From: the human T2T-CHM13v2.0 reference genome, Homo sapiens
Length of the DNA stretch: 64,000 nucleotides
Strand: one strand, 5' to 3'
NCBI RefSeq assembly: GCF_009914755.1
Contig: NC_060927.1
The number at the start of each line of letters is the position of its first letter. Positions within the stretch are counted from its first letter, which is position 1. Both the position numbers and the translations under genes were made by a program. Positions 19,052-50,850 of the stretch are shown in pieces. The notes beneath the pieces were generated by a model. That model ran no database searches. It was not told the DNA's origin and saw only the letters and a list, made by a program, of their open reading frames with translations.

Positions 19052-19915
19052 TCAAAAAAAAGAAATAGGCAATTACTCTGCTGAGTGTTAGGAACTCCAG
19101 CCACTGGGAAAGCCCAGGGGGCTGATGGTGAGCACACACCTCAAGTCATACTGTGGATTAGACCTTTGGAATGTCTTCAAGTTTACCCTTCCTATCTTTT
19201 CCTGTGGCCACCGGTCCCCCCTGCCTCTAATCTCACCCCATTAGTCTGAGTCCTCCAAGAAGCAAATACCAGGATAAGATTAAATTGTGCTAGGATTTTA
19301 TTAAAGAAAACACGTGTAGCAGGGAAACGGGGAGGGAGCTGGGAGGGTTGGGATGTAAGTCCAGCCCCAGGTGAGGAAGAGAGGGAAAGAGGGTTGGGTA
19401 GAAGGGTCCTAGTTGGCCATGCAGTCTAAGGAGGGTTTGGCAGGGTGTCGGGGAGTCCTTAAGCCAAAGTCAGCTCAGAGAAATCCCATGTCTCCTAGGA
19501 ATGGGCCTGCCTTAGCATCCCACTCTTGGCAAAGTCATCAGGTGGGGGCATCTCAAGGGAACTGTGTCCTTGCTGCAAACAGAGTACAGCAGTGCTTGGT
19601 CAATTAGGATCCCTAGAGTTGGAGGCCTGTGAGGCTCATTCTCATCCCTCCACAGCCCCCACAGGGCTACCAGAGGAGTGCAGTGATCTTTCTGAAGTGC
19701 AGTCTCACTATGCCATTTTTCTGCTCGAACTCCCTCCAAGGCTCCCTGTTGTCCTTATGGTCCTTAGGCTAGTGTCTCAGCTCTTTATCTCAGGTATCAA
19801 GGTCCTGCTGGGGGAGGGGAGCAATTAACCTCTGTGCTCTGTTGCCCACCTGTCCTCGGCCCTACTCAGATCTTGGATGCCTCAACTACACTGGGCTGAC
19901 CCCTTGTTGCTCTGA

Positions 19916-20244
<329 letters not shown>

Positions 20245-20541
20245 TTATTCCTCCACGCCTTTGCCCATGCTGTGACCTCTGCCTGGATAGCCCTTCCCTA
20301 CATCTCCCAGCTCCAGTGTTAAGTGCTTCCCTCAGCTTCCTAGGTTTAGTCAGCAGCGTCCCTTCGCTCCATCTCTGGTACAGGCCCAGATCCTCTAGAG
20401 TAGACAGAAGATTCCAGGGGCTGTGTCGGGAGAACAGGATAAACAACCGCCACAGTCCTCTCGGACTTCTCTTGAAGGGACAGATGTCCCTTCAAGTCCC
20501 TTTTGGGCATATGCGCAGAAGCGTATGTGCAGAAGTATTAG

Positions 20542-20788
20542 TTTAAAAGCTGATAATATACCATGCTTTGTTTATTCATTCACCCATTGATGGACACTTG
20601 TGCTTCCCCTTTTTGGCTACTGGAAATAATTCTGCTTTGAAAATGGGTGTACAGATATCCCTTCAAGTCCCCTTTGGGCATATGTGCAGAAGTAGAACTG
20701 CTGGATCACGTGGTAATTCTATTTTTAGTTCTTTGAGGAATCACTATACTGTTTTCCATAGCAGAAGTTGAAATTAAATTAAAAAAAA
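20542..20788 (-). repeat. Local duplicate of an L1M fragment (partner 22482-22730)
   Basis: About 230 bp, roughly 10 mismatches, offset exactly 1940 bp. Confidence 0.9.
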
Positions 20789-21149
20789 TCTTCCCGGCAC
20801 AAGCTGGCTTGTATGGTTTTGAAATCTGTACTCTCACCCTCCCTCCACTGTGATCAAAGCAGAAATCTAGCACACAGCATCCAGGACAGCCAAAGACCAA
20901 AGCCCATCCCCTTCCACATAACCTCCTCCTCACCCCTCCACTTTTCAACGCTGCCTTCCTGGGCTCAAGATTCAATGCTTTATTTTTAGCCCACACGTTG
21001 GACTGGGGCTCCAGGAATGCACTTGATGCCTGAGGTGTAACCAGACCCCTGCGTGCACCACTTTTAGCTCCCGGCTTTAGCTTGACATGATAAAAAGCCT
21101 TCCACAAAGCAGCTGTAAGCTTGTGGGCCGCAGGCCTGATCCAGTTTTA

Positions 21150-21473
<324 letters not shown>

Positions 21474-21585
21474 TCAAAAAAAAAAAAAAGTGGCCGGGCA
21501 TGGTGGCTCACGCCTGTAATCCCAGCACTTTGGGAGGCTGAGGCGGGTGGATCACGAGGTCAGGAGATCGAGACCATCCTGGCTA

Positions 21586-21738
<153 letters not shown>

Positions 21739-21789
21739 CTACAGCCTGGGCGACAGAGCAAAACTCTGTCTCAAAAAAAAAAAAAAGTG

Positions 21790-22715
21790 GTAAAATAGAC
21801 ATAAAATTAACCACCATAACCATTTTTAAGTGTACAGTTCAGTGGCGTTAAATACTTTCACAGTGTTGTGCAATTATCACAACCATCCATATCTAGGGCT
21901 GTTTTCATCTTCCCAAACTGACACTCTGTCCCCATTAAACACTAACTCTCATTCCCCGTCCCGCAGCCTCTGGCACCCACCATTCCACTTTCTGTCTCTA
22001 TGAATCTGATTACTCTAGGTACCTCATATATATGGAATCATAACTGTATTTGTCCTTTTAACATAATGTTCTCAAGGTTTATCTGTGTGGTAGCATGTGT
22101 CACAATTTCTTTTTTTTTATTTTTATTTTTTTCTTAGAGACAGAGTCTTACTCAGCCACCCAGGCTGGAGTGCAGTGGCATGATCATGGTTCACTGCAGC
22201 CTCCACTTCCTGGGCTCAAGTGATCCTCCCACCTTAGTCACCTAAGTAGCTGGGACCACAGGCATGTGCCACCACGCTTGGCTAATGTTTTTATGTTTTG
22301 CAGAGATGGGGTTTTGCCGTGTTGCCCAGCCTGGTCTTGAACTCCTGGGGTCAAGTGATCCTCCTACCTCAGCCTCCCAAAGTGCTGACATTACTGGCAT
22401 GAGCCAGTATGCCTGGCTAGAATTTCCATATTTTCCCCCTTTGGTTTTTATTTTTTTGTGAAGTCTCAAATAATTTCCTTTTTTAAAAACTGATAATATA
22501 CCATGCTTTGTTTATTCATTCGCCCATTGATGGACGCTTGTGCTTCCCCTTTCTGGCTACTGGAAATAATGCTGCTTTGAAAATGTGTGTACAGAGATCC
22601 CTTCAAGTCCCCTTTGGGCATATGTGCAGAAGTAGAACTGCTGGATCATATGGTAATTCTATTTTTAGTTCTTTGAGGAATCACTATACTCTTTTCCATA
22701 GCAGAAGTGGAAATT
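21790..22715 (-). mobile_element. L1M fragment interrupted by AluJ (about 22110-22418)
   Basis: accatttttaagtgtacagttcagtggc... L1MB motifs. Confidence 0.75.
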
Positions 22716-22846
22716 TAAAAAAAAAAAAAATAGTTGCCAAACTCTAGATTTGGGGCTTCTGCTAAGAAACTGGAGGTCTGACCCCAATGGTCTTGCACTT
22801 GCAGAACCAGCCTCCTCAGGCCCCTCAGAGACACCTCCCCAGCTAA

Positions 22847-23843
<997 letters not shown>

Positions 23844-25062
23844 CCGGCCTCTCACTTCTAATAGCTACAACCTCTTTCCTTTTTCTCTCTAGCCCTAGGC
23901 AGTTCCCTCAGTTACACTTTGTGATACTATGGTCCCTTTCTGCGTTTCTAGTAGTCCTGCACCTGGTTAACATGTCCCTCTATTAAATTCTTTCTGTTAA
24001 AGCACCTGGTGTGGTTTTCGTTCGCTTGGCTGACAGATCCCACTTAGCTGGTGTTCTCACCTGGAATTGCTAGACAGCAGCTGCCCCCTTTGGTCAGGTA
24101 TATGCTCTTCTGTTCCCCTCTTCCTGCTCCCTACTTTTTTCATTTTTATTTTTATTTTTTTGATACCGGGTCTCGCTCTGTCACCCAGGCTGGGGTGCAG
24201 TGGTATGATCATGGCTCACTGCAGCCTTGACTTCCTGGGCTCCAGCGATTCTCCCACTCCAGCCTCCCAAGTAGCTAGGTCCACAGGTACACGCTACTAC
24301 ACTCCTGATCTCAAGCAATCCACCCACCTTGGCCTCCCAAAGTATTGGGATTATAGGTGTGAGCCACTGCACCCAGCCCCCACTTTTCTACATCTTGCTG
24401 ACTCTGTATGCCTGACCCTAAGGGGATCTGATTTGTGCTCCTGTCTAATGTAATAACGCCCATTGATTGAGCATCACCTATGTGCCAGAGTCTGTGCATA
24501 AGACTTTATGTAATTATCTCATGCAGTTCTCAACATAATACCGTGAGGTGGGCACTGTTATGCTCCCCATTGTACAGATGAGAACATTAAGGCTGGGAGA
24601 GGGGAGGACTTGACCAAAATCACAGCCAGGGCCAGCATTGGTGGCTCACGCCTGTAATCCTAGCACTTTGGGAGGTCGAGGCAGGTGGATCACCTGAGGT
24701 CAGGAGTTTGAGACCAGCCTGGCCAATATGGTGAAAACCCATCTCTACCAAAAATACAAAAATTAGCCAGGTGTGGTGGCAGGTGCCTATAATCCTAGCT
24801 ACTCAGGAGGCTGAGGCAGGAGAATCACTTGAATATGGTGGGTGGAGGTTGCAGTGAGCTGAGATCACACCACTTCACTCCAGGCTGGGCAAAAGAGCAA
24901 AACTCTGTCTCAAGAAAAAGAAAGAAAGAAAGAAAGAAAGAAAATAAAATCACAGCCAGGCAGTGGCAGAGCTGGCCACAGGGACCCATCATTCCTATAA
25001 AATGAGGCTAACCACATTGTTCCCAAGTCAGTAAGTTCATACTTCTATCGTGAAAACTGTGT

Positions 25063-25068
25063 TTTATT
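25063..25068 (-). terminator. Distal poly(A) signal AATAAA (ATTAAA also at 25075-25080)
   Basis: tttatt on the + strand in unique sequence after the last exon. Confidence 0.6.
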
Positions 25069-25229
25069 TATATGTTTAATAAATATCTGATCTGTGCACT
25101 CTGGGCTCCCGTTAAATTAGGTTACATACAAGTACTTGAAATCAAAACCTCAGAAGTTACCCTTCTGAGTTTTGAGAACAGCATGTCTGTGACCATCAAG
25201 AACTCAGTTCAAGTTCAGGATATCAATCA

Positions 25230-25417
25230 CATAGCATGGTGACCATAGTTAATAACAATGTATTGTATACTTTGCAAATTGCTGACAGTAGGTTTTTACT
25301 GTTCTCATCATAAAAAAAGGGTATGTGAGGGATACATATGTTAATTAGCTTGATTTAGCCATTCCACATATTTCAAAACATGTTGTACACTACAAATACA
25401 TGCAATTTTTATTTGTC
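25230..25417 (+). mobile_element. L1MA-like 3' end, antisense within the TMEM40 3'UTR
   Basis: atagttaataacaatgtattgtatac...aattagcttgatttagccattccac. Confidence 0.75.
25408..25413 (-). terminator. Middle poly(A) signal AATAAA, in an antisense L1 3' end
   Basis: tttatt immediately after the A-tail of the 3'UTR Alu. Confidence 0.55.
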
Positions 25418-25730
25418 TTTTTTTTTTTTTTTTAATTTTAGAGAAAGGATCTTGCTCTGTCGCCCAGGCTGGAGTGCAGTGGCTTGATCGTACCTCACTG
25501 CAGCCCTGAACTCCTGGGCTCAAGCAGTCCTCCTGCCTCAGCCTCTTGAGTAGCTGGAACCGCAGGTATGTACAGGTATGTACCGCCACATTTGGTCATT
25601 AAAAAAAAATTGTAGAGATGGGGGTCTCACTATGTTGCCCAGGTTGGTCTTGAACTCTCAGCTTCAAGCGACCCTTAGCCTGAGCCTCCCAAAGTGCGAG
25701 GATTACAGTTGTGAGCCCCCATGCCTGGCT
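25418..25730 (-). mobile_element. AluJ-like, sense within the TMEM40 3'UTR
   Basis: Diverged Alu consensus with a T tract at 25418. Confidence 0.85.
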
Positions 25731-26171
25731 GCCATTTAGTTTCTGATGATCATTTTCCTGCCTTTTTTTTTGGGTGCAAAAAAAATGGTTTTAGTCCTCA
25801 GCATCTTACCTGCATCAGGTTCACCAAGGGGCCCCAGCCCGATGGCTCCCTGCCTCAAAGCAGTGGACCATCCATCTCTCCCAGGATGGCTCGGTAGCAC
25901 CTGAGAGCGCATGCAGATAGCCTGGGATTTGAGAAAAACCATGAACCCAGACAGATCACAGCTTGCAGAGCTCAGGGTCCCTTGCTGTCCTCTGAGAGCA
26001 GTGACCTCCCAGAATCTTCCTGCTGGTCCAGGTACTGTGAAGCCTCAGGCCCCACACCCACCCTCTGCCTTCCATCCTTGCAGCTGGGTTGCACAGCAGT
26101 ACTGCCCAAATGAGATGCCCCTGCCCGGGCTGGTGCCAACATTCAGACCACATGGAAGGAAAAGTGTTCTG

Positions 26172-26177
26172 TTTATT
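26172..26177 (-). terminator. Proximal poly(A) signal AATAAA
   Basis: tttatt about 115 nt after the stop codon. Confidence 0.45.
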
Positions 26178-26291
26178 GGTCTGGCTTGGTCTCCTGTGCG
26201 TCTCTCAGAATGCTGCTCTGCCCTTGTGGGCTCAGGGGTCGCAGTGGTGGTCACACTGGGGCCTGCCTCTGCTGCCCACCTGGAAGTGGCC

Positions 26292-41350
<15,059 letters not shown>

Positions 41351-42818
41351 GGCTTTTCCTGGAGGAATAACAATAATCAGTAGTTAATATCACCTTAGTT
41401 AATATCTTAATATACAAAGAGCTTGGCAAATAAATAAGAAAAAGACAAACACTCAACATTCAAAGGAATAAGAAAAATAATTAACAAAAAAAATGGTAGT
41501 TCTGTTGGCAAGCAAGAAGGCCGGGGTAGTGGAGGGAGGAGGGTTAAGGGAGTGGGAATTGGGGTGGTGGGTATTGGTTAGGCAACTAGCAGGGGGCTTC
41601 ATGAAGGAAATCAGTTTTTATCTGTGCCTGAAAAGTCAGGCACAATCCTTTTTCTTTTTCTTTTTTTTTTTTTGTGGAAACAGGGTGTCTCTATGTTGCC
41701 CAGGCTGGTCTTGAACTCCTGGGCTCAAGCAATTCTCCTACCTTGGCCTCCCAAAGTGCTGGGATTCAAGTGTGAGCCACCATGTCCAGCCTAGGTACAA
41801 TTTTGACAGGAATGCAGATTTGAAGTTGGTGAACCAACTCCAATCCCACAAACATGGCCAACATCCAGGAATGACTAAGCAAAAAGGCAAGGGAATCCTG
41901 GGCCCCGGCCGGCCTCACACACAGAGCCACCTGCCACCTCTTGACAGCTACGTGCACAGGAAAGAAGTTTCTTTTAATGGAGCCCATGTGCTATGAGTCT
42001 CTGTTATAGCAGCTGAGCCAGGAAGTGCAGGCTTCCTTCTGATTCCTTGCCCTATTTCTTCTTCTCTCAGCTCTGAGGCTGAGACCTTAAATCTGAGAGG
42101 AGGTAGATTTACTAGTCTCTGATTCATTTATTTTTTACTTCTTTATTTGAGACAGAGGTCTTGCTATATCACCCAGTCTAGTCTTGAACTCCTGGGTTAA
42201 GGCAATCCTCCCACCGCAGCCTCCTGAGTAGCTGGGACTACAGGCACGTGCCACTGTGGCCAGCCTCTGACTCATTTAAACCATGTTTCTCAGCCTCAAC
42301 ACGACTGACATTTGGGACAGGGTAACACATTGTGAGATGTTTAGCAGCCTCCTCCCAGATGCCAGTAGCACTTTCCTGTTCAGCTATAACAATAAAAATG
42401 TCTCCAGACATTGCCAAATGACCCCTGTTGTGGGGCAAACATCACCCCCCATTTGAGAATGGTCTAGAGAATCTACCACAAGACCTTGGCAGGAAGCCTC
42501 CTCCCCTGTGTCTTAGAGCCAGATTGCCTGGGTTGGAATCCTGCCTCTGCCTCTTCTAGCGATGGAAGCATGGGCTAGTTACTTAATCCTTCACTGTGCC
42601 CTGGGTTTCTCATCTGTAAAACGGAGACAGTAATAGTGCTTACCTTATAGTATGTGAAAATGGCAGGACAGTCCTTAGCAGGGCCATTGTGAATGCGTGT
42701 TTCCTTCTCTACAGGCCTCCTCTTACCCTTGGACATTCAGTGTCCAGTCCCATCCCTGCTCATCCCCCATCTCGTAGGCCCCAGACTCCATTACCCGTTT
42801 TTTTTTTCTGTTTTTTGA

Positions 42819-43046
<228 letters not shown>

Positions 43047-45288
43047 TGACCTCCCAAAGTGCTGGGATTACAGGCGTGAGCCACTGCGCCTGGCCTACCC
43101 TTTTCTAGAATAAAACTTCCCATTTCTCAGAGCAGAATTCAGCTAGGCATTAGGAAGTCACTAGCCATTAAAATGCATCGATATCGAGATGGAATGACTG
43201 ACAGCAGAAGCCTCCAGGGCATATTTCTATTTTGAACAGGGTTCTCTGCACGCAACAGGTGACTAGTACATATTCATTGGCTGAGATCATCTCTAATGAA
43301 GGCATTTCAGCTAGAGTGGAGGAAGAGTTGTAGAGCCACGTGGGGGAAAGAGAGCTGCTGGCTGATGTCAGATAGACCGAAGTTTACAAAGTGATGAGCT
43401 CTTTTTCCAGTCTCATCTCCATCCTGCTCTGTGTCCTGGTCACACACAGCACTTTTGGCTTAGTCCATTCTTTCCTAATGTCAAAATTGCATCTGACCTT
43501 CCAAGCACAGGTCAAAACCCACTTCCCTCATGAAGTACTCTTTCAATTGCCTAAACAATACCCATCAACTCTATTCCCCACTCCCCTAAACTTACTCCCT
43601 CCACTATCCCTAGCTTTTGTTTTTTTGACAAGGTCTCTCTCTATCACCCAGGCTAAAGTGCAGTGGTGCAATCACAGCTCACTGCAGCCTTGAACTCCTG
43701 GACTCAAGTGATCCTCCTGCCTCAACCTTCTGAGTAGGTAGGACTACAAGCATGTACCACCATCCAGGGTTTGTCTCCTTCACTAGATCATGAATGCAGC
43801 CTAAGTAGGGACTAAGGCTGATTCATTTCTGTGTCACCCATACCCTGTACAGAGCCGGGAACAAAGGAAAAATGATGATAACAAGCAGCTATAAGTGCCT
43901 ACTATCTGCCAGGCAAGGTTCTAACAGTTAACTTGTGTTAACTAATCTATTCCTATGAAGGCTCACTAGGGCCGTGCCCATTTTATAGGTCAGAATATTG
44001 GGGCACAGAGAGGATAAGAAACTTGCCCAGGACCGGCCGGGCGCGGTGGTTCATGCCTGTAATCCCAGGACTTTGGGAGGCTGAGGCGGGCGGATCACAA
44101 GGTCAGGAGATCGAGACCATCCTGGCCAACATGGTGAAACACAGTCTCTACTAAAAATACAAAAATTAGCTGGGCATGGTGGTTGCAGGCCTGTAATCCC
44201 AGCTACTCAGGAGGCTGAGGCAGGAGAATCACTTGAACCCCGGAGGCAGAGGCAACCTGCCTCTGAATTGAGATCGCGCGACTGCACTCCAGCCTGGGCG
44301 ACAGGGCAAGACTCTGTCTCAAAAAAAAAAAGAAAGAAAGAAAGAAAGAAACTTGTCCAGGACCACACAGTAAGTGGTTAAGCAAGGGTAGTTGGTTGCT
44401 AAGCCCATGCTGGGAGACTAAAGGAGTGATGCTGGCTCCTCTTCTCAGGACCCTGACACTGGCACCAGGAAAGAGGACACACTAACAGTCATCAGAGTGC
44501 TATGCAAATATGCTGACTTGGCTTATATTTAGCTACTGATGGAGCCTTGAGTAATTGTTCCCATAGCCAAGGGAACTTCCCTGGGCAGGTCTTTAGCACA
44601 CTGAAGGGGAGGAATGGAACCATCACCGGGGGAAGACCCGATGTGGCTCTGTTTCTCCTTTCAATGTCCTTGTCTATTCCTCCTCCACACATTTTTCTTT
44701 TTTGCCTTTTTTCTTTCTTTCTTTCTTTCTTTTTTTTTTTTTTTTTTTTTTTTGAGACAGGGTCTCACTCTATCACCCAGGCTGGAGTGCAGTGGCACGA
44801 TCACGGCTCTGCAGCTTCAACCTCCTGGGTTCCAGTGATCTTCCCACCTCAACCTCCCGAGTAGCTGGGACTATAGGCATTTGCCACCACACCTAGCTAA
44901 TTTTTTAGTTTTTATATTTTTGTAGAGATAGGGTCTCACTATGTTGCCCAGGCTGCTCTTGAACTCCTGGGTTCAAGTGATCCTCCCGCCTTGGTCTCCC
45001 GAAGTGCTGACGTTACAGGCATGAGCCACCACACCCGGCCTCCACACAGGTCTTATTTAACATAGGGAGAGACTGAGGCTCAGGTAGAGGAAGAGACTTG
45101 TTCAAGGTCTCCCAGCTTATAGATGGACTCAAATCTGACCCCTACCCCAACAGAGAAGCTTCATGCCCCAGCTGCCCCCTGGTTAGAGGACTCTAGCACC
45201 AACTCAGGTGGCCCCCACATCCAAGGCTGATCCTACAAGGAAATGGAATGCCTGACTTTCTGGCACTTTTCTCCAAAAAGCCCAGCCC

Positions 45289-45299
45289 TGCTGAGTCAT
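45289..45299 (+). promoter_or_regulatory. Perfect NF-E2/NRF2-sMAF (ARE) site TGCTGAGTCAT in intron 1
   Basis: Exact 11/11 match to TGCTGA(G/C)TCA(T/C). Confidence 0.55.
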
Positions 45300-45641
45300 G
45301 GGTGGTGCCAGGGCCTCTGTACCCACGGGTCCTGCTAAACTGGATTTCCCCTTCAGGTGAGCCCAGATTTCCTGAGCTTCTGCTGTCACAGGGCCTGGGC
45401 CCAGGGCAGGAGGGCTGACAGAGCACACTGAGCCATCACAGCCTCACAGCACTCTCCTCTCCCAGCTCTCTTGACTCTCACACAACCAGGAGGGAGGCAG
45501 ACTGGAGATTACTGTCGTATTTTACAGAAGAGGAAACTGAGGCCCTGAAATGGAGAGGAATTTGCGCAGGTCATGGAGCCACACGGGGCAAGGCTGGCTC
45601 TTTCATCACATCAGGTCAAGAGATCGAGGCCATCCTGGCTA

Positions 45642-45929
<288 letters not shown>

Positions 45930-46446
45930 TTAAAAAGATAATCTGGAAGGAAAGAAAATAGTGCAAGCATCTAGGTTGTTGTCTAGCATGTCTAGCACAT
46001 AGTAGGTGCACAACCAATGTTTGTTAAAGTGGCAATATAAGCCAACAAGGTGATATAGCTACAGAGCAAAGCTAGCATATCCTTAGGTGACATTAACAGA
46101 AGCACAGAGTCTACGGTGAAGAAGGTGGCCCACATTCCACCATCCCCAATCCTCCATCCTGGGTTTACTCCTGGGTCCTGCATAGAATAAGTTCTGGACA
46201 GACAAAGAGAATCCAGAGGATGTAGCAGGTACAGAGACTACACCCAAGAGAAGTGGCTTGGGGAGCAGGGCACTTGACCTAGGGATGAGCTCCACATGGA
46301 TGGGCCTAGTCACTGACCCCAAGTCTCTGCAGAACTACTCCAGGACTCCAGGACATGGGGAGCAGGTAGGGCTGTGAGCTCAGAAGGAAAGGTCAGTACC
46401 TTGAGGAAGTCACCAGAGAAGTTGCCAACTTCAATATATAAAAGAA

Positions 46447-46843
<397 letters not shown>

Positions 46844-48299
46844 TAGAGACAGGGTCTCACTTTGTCACCCAGGCTCAAGTGCATTGGAGCAATCATGGCT
46901 CACTGCAGCCTTGAACTGTTGATCTTGAGCAATTCTCCTGCCTCAGCCTCCCAAAGTGTTGGGACTGGCCTTCCAAAGTGTGCTGAGCCACTGCACCTGG
47001 CCTCAATATATAAAATAATATTCTAAAAATGACAACAGCTTTGGGGTTGTCCTGAGCACATTGCCATGTGAGGTGGCAAGTTGAGGAGTGGCAAGGGTTG
47101 GCTTAGATGTTCTTAGCTCAGAACCTATTAGTGTCTCAAGCAATTCTCTCCAAAGTACAGGAGGAAAATATTAATTTATCGATTTCTATGTAGTTTTTAA
47201 CTAAAAATAGTTAATAGTATATAGTTTAGCCCTGATGTGCACCCTTGGCTCATATGTCAGACACCACATGTCATGTCTATTAAGTGGGGCTCCCAGAGGC
47301 CAGTGGGGAGCCCCACAAGGCAGACAGGTTGATTGTGGCCACGTCTTCCTTTTCTCTACATCCAGACTATTGCCATATATTGTGGCGTGCAGGAGCCCAG
47401 TTGGGTTAATTTGAGGCTCAAATGAAACAGCTTTCACTGAATCAGCCCCCTTCTTGTTGACAAGTGACTTCAAAGAGTCTCTGCAAAGAAACCGCGGATG
47501 GAGATAACCCTAATCATGAAAGTACAAACAAGCAACAGGAAAAGTGTGGGACAGACTTGTCCTTACTCTTAGTTTAGCTGCATTACCACATTGGAAAGAG
47601 CAATGGAAAGGAGTCTGACACATGAAACAACTGTTTCCTGTGTATTTGAGTTCCTGAAATAATGAGAAATAAACACAAACTCAAAATACACAATAATAAC
47701 GAGAAACAAATACAAACTCAAACTCAAATACAATCGTATTTGAGTTCCTGAAATAATAATGAGAAACAATTTGAAAGGTGGATTTCCACCCACTACCATG
47801 GGTGATTGAAATTCATTCTGGGCGTACACTGGCCCTGAGACATCAGCTAACGGCCACCATACTTGTATATACATGTACATATCTATGCATATGTATATGC
47901 TGGGGGTGCCCACGGCATGCTTCTTGAGAAGATTGTGCAATCAAAAAGTTAGATGAGTGCTGCTCTAGATCCTCAGACCAAGCTAGATACTAGGGGATGC
48001 TAGTCCTGGTTTGGGGTTTTTGGGTCTAATCAGATAATTTGTTCCAGATTTAGGGACAAGGAAAACTAGAGGGGGAGTTTGCCTTCCATAAAACTTTTTT
48101 GAGGCTCCACTGACACATTTGAAGATTAATAGGAAGAAACCTAAAACTCATAAAATTCTTTCCCTGGCTCGCATCGTCCTAACTTGGTGTAGTGTTGAGT
48201 CAAACACCAAAGCACCAAGGTGGGTGCCCAGCTAGACAGAGCCAGGCGGGTCCCTTCTCCCACAGCCTGGAATCTCAGTCTCTGTTTCTTTCTTTCCCA

Positions 48300-48450
48300 T
48301 CTTTCTCTCTCTCTGTTTCTACCCACCTCCCTCTCTCTCTCTCTCTCTCTATCTCTTTCTCTCTCTCTCACACACACACACTCTGTCTCTCACAACACAC
48401 ACCACACATATACACACTCTCTCTCTCACACACACACATACACACACACA
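48300..48450. repeat. (CT)n/(CA)n compound microsatellite
   Basis: ctctctct...cacacaca blocks. Confidence 0.9.
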
Positions 48451-48624
48451 ACTGACAATAAGAAACAAAAAGGTAGCATCCAGCACAAGAGCTTGTCAGT
48501 TCTCTTGAACATCAGACAGACCTAGATCTTCAGTTCCCGCCTCTACCCCTCACTGACTCTGAGACCTGGAGCGTGTCACATCCATTCTCAGAGCTTCAGA
48601 ATCCTTAGTTGGAAAAATGAGCAT

Positions 48625-49640
<1,016 letters not shown>

Positions 49641-50747
49641 GAAAGAAAGAAAAAGGAAAGACTCCACCCACAGGATTGTTGTGAAAGTGAAATAAGGCAG
49701 GGAGCAGGGCAGGCCCAGCATGGTCCCTGACGTGCAGCCAGCACTTGAGATCTCTCTCTCTCTGATCCTTTTCACAAGGAGGATTTCCCAGCAAAAGTAA
49801 CCTGGTGCTTTAGGGCTACACTAGCTTGAGTTCACTCCCCACCACTCCCACTAACACACACTCCTGACTCCTTAGTTAGGGCTCTGAACTCTTCTGGGCA
49901 GTTTCTTAACAAAACAGAAGAAAATAATAAGCACAAGACCATAATCATTCTCATTCCCCTTAAAAGGAAACTAGGTTGGCTTGAGGCCTAAAAGCCAGGG
50001 TGCTCTGAGCAGAGGTGGCTCTAGGACAAGGATGACAGCCTACGGGGGTGGGTGGGGGGAGCTCTGAGAGGTCTGCCAAGCCCCCCTCCCCTTGGGCCAC
50101 ACCACCTGTGCCTGAGCCCCCAACAGGCAGCAGGGCCCCCTCCCCATGGCCCAGCTCTCTAGCATATCCTCCCCGGGGGTGCCTTTGAGCTGGAGGCAGA
50201 GGACGGCTGACTTCTTCCTTCCAAGTCTCCCAAACCTGGCTGGCAGCCCAGGGTGGCTTCCTCCAGGAAGGGCAGAGAGAGGGGCAGCTGCCTGTAGTCA
50301 CTGATGGTGGTGCAGAGGCTGAGACATTTGCGGGAACACCCCTCCCCTCCTAAGCTGTTAGGTTCCATAACAGTGAGGGTGTGAGGTGCCTTCAGAGATC
50401 TAGCTGGACCCTTCATTTTACAAGTAGGGAAACTGAGGCTCAGAAAGGTCAAGGGTTTTTCTGAAAGTCTTGCAGCAAGTTGGTGACAGAATTGGGAGCT
50501 GGTCACCTACCATGGCCAAGTATAGGCGGGTGGAAACCTCAACACAACCCAGGAAGGTGAATATTTGTCATCCTCCCCTGAAGTAGAGACAGGTTCTCAC
50601 ACAGCTAGGAAGATGCAGAGCTGGGACTCAAACCCAGGTCCACCAAGGAACCACACAAAATCAAGCCTATTGAGGACACTCTTTCTCCCGATTTCCTTAA
50701 AAGCTGACACTCCACCCCACTGCTCACCCAGCCCCATGTCCCATTAC

Positions 50748-50850
50748 CTGTGGTCCTTCAGCTTGTCTGGGCAGCAAGGGGAGCTCTGTGTAGACTATGT
50801 GGATGCTGGGCTGGTCAGGGGAAGGAGAGGACAGGCTGCACCTGTGACAG
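50748..50850 (-). other. TMEM40: Probable non-coding exon 1 of TMEM40 (5' end approximate)
   Basis: Strong donor CACAG|gtaatg at 50748/50747 in unique GC-rich DNA. Exon 2 has only 8 nt of UTR after an acceptor, so an upstream exon is required. Confidence 0.7.

Larger units (their letters stand above)
25040..26291 (-). other. TMEM40: TMEM40 3'UTR (longest form; 3' end approximate)
   Basis: Follows the stop codon; minus-strand AATAAA at 26172-26177, 25408-25413 and 25063-25068. Confidence 0.7.
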
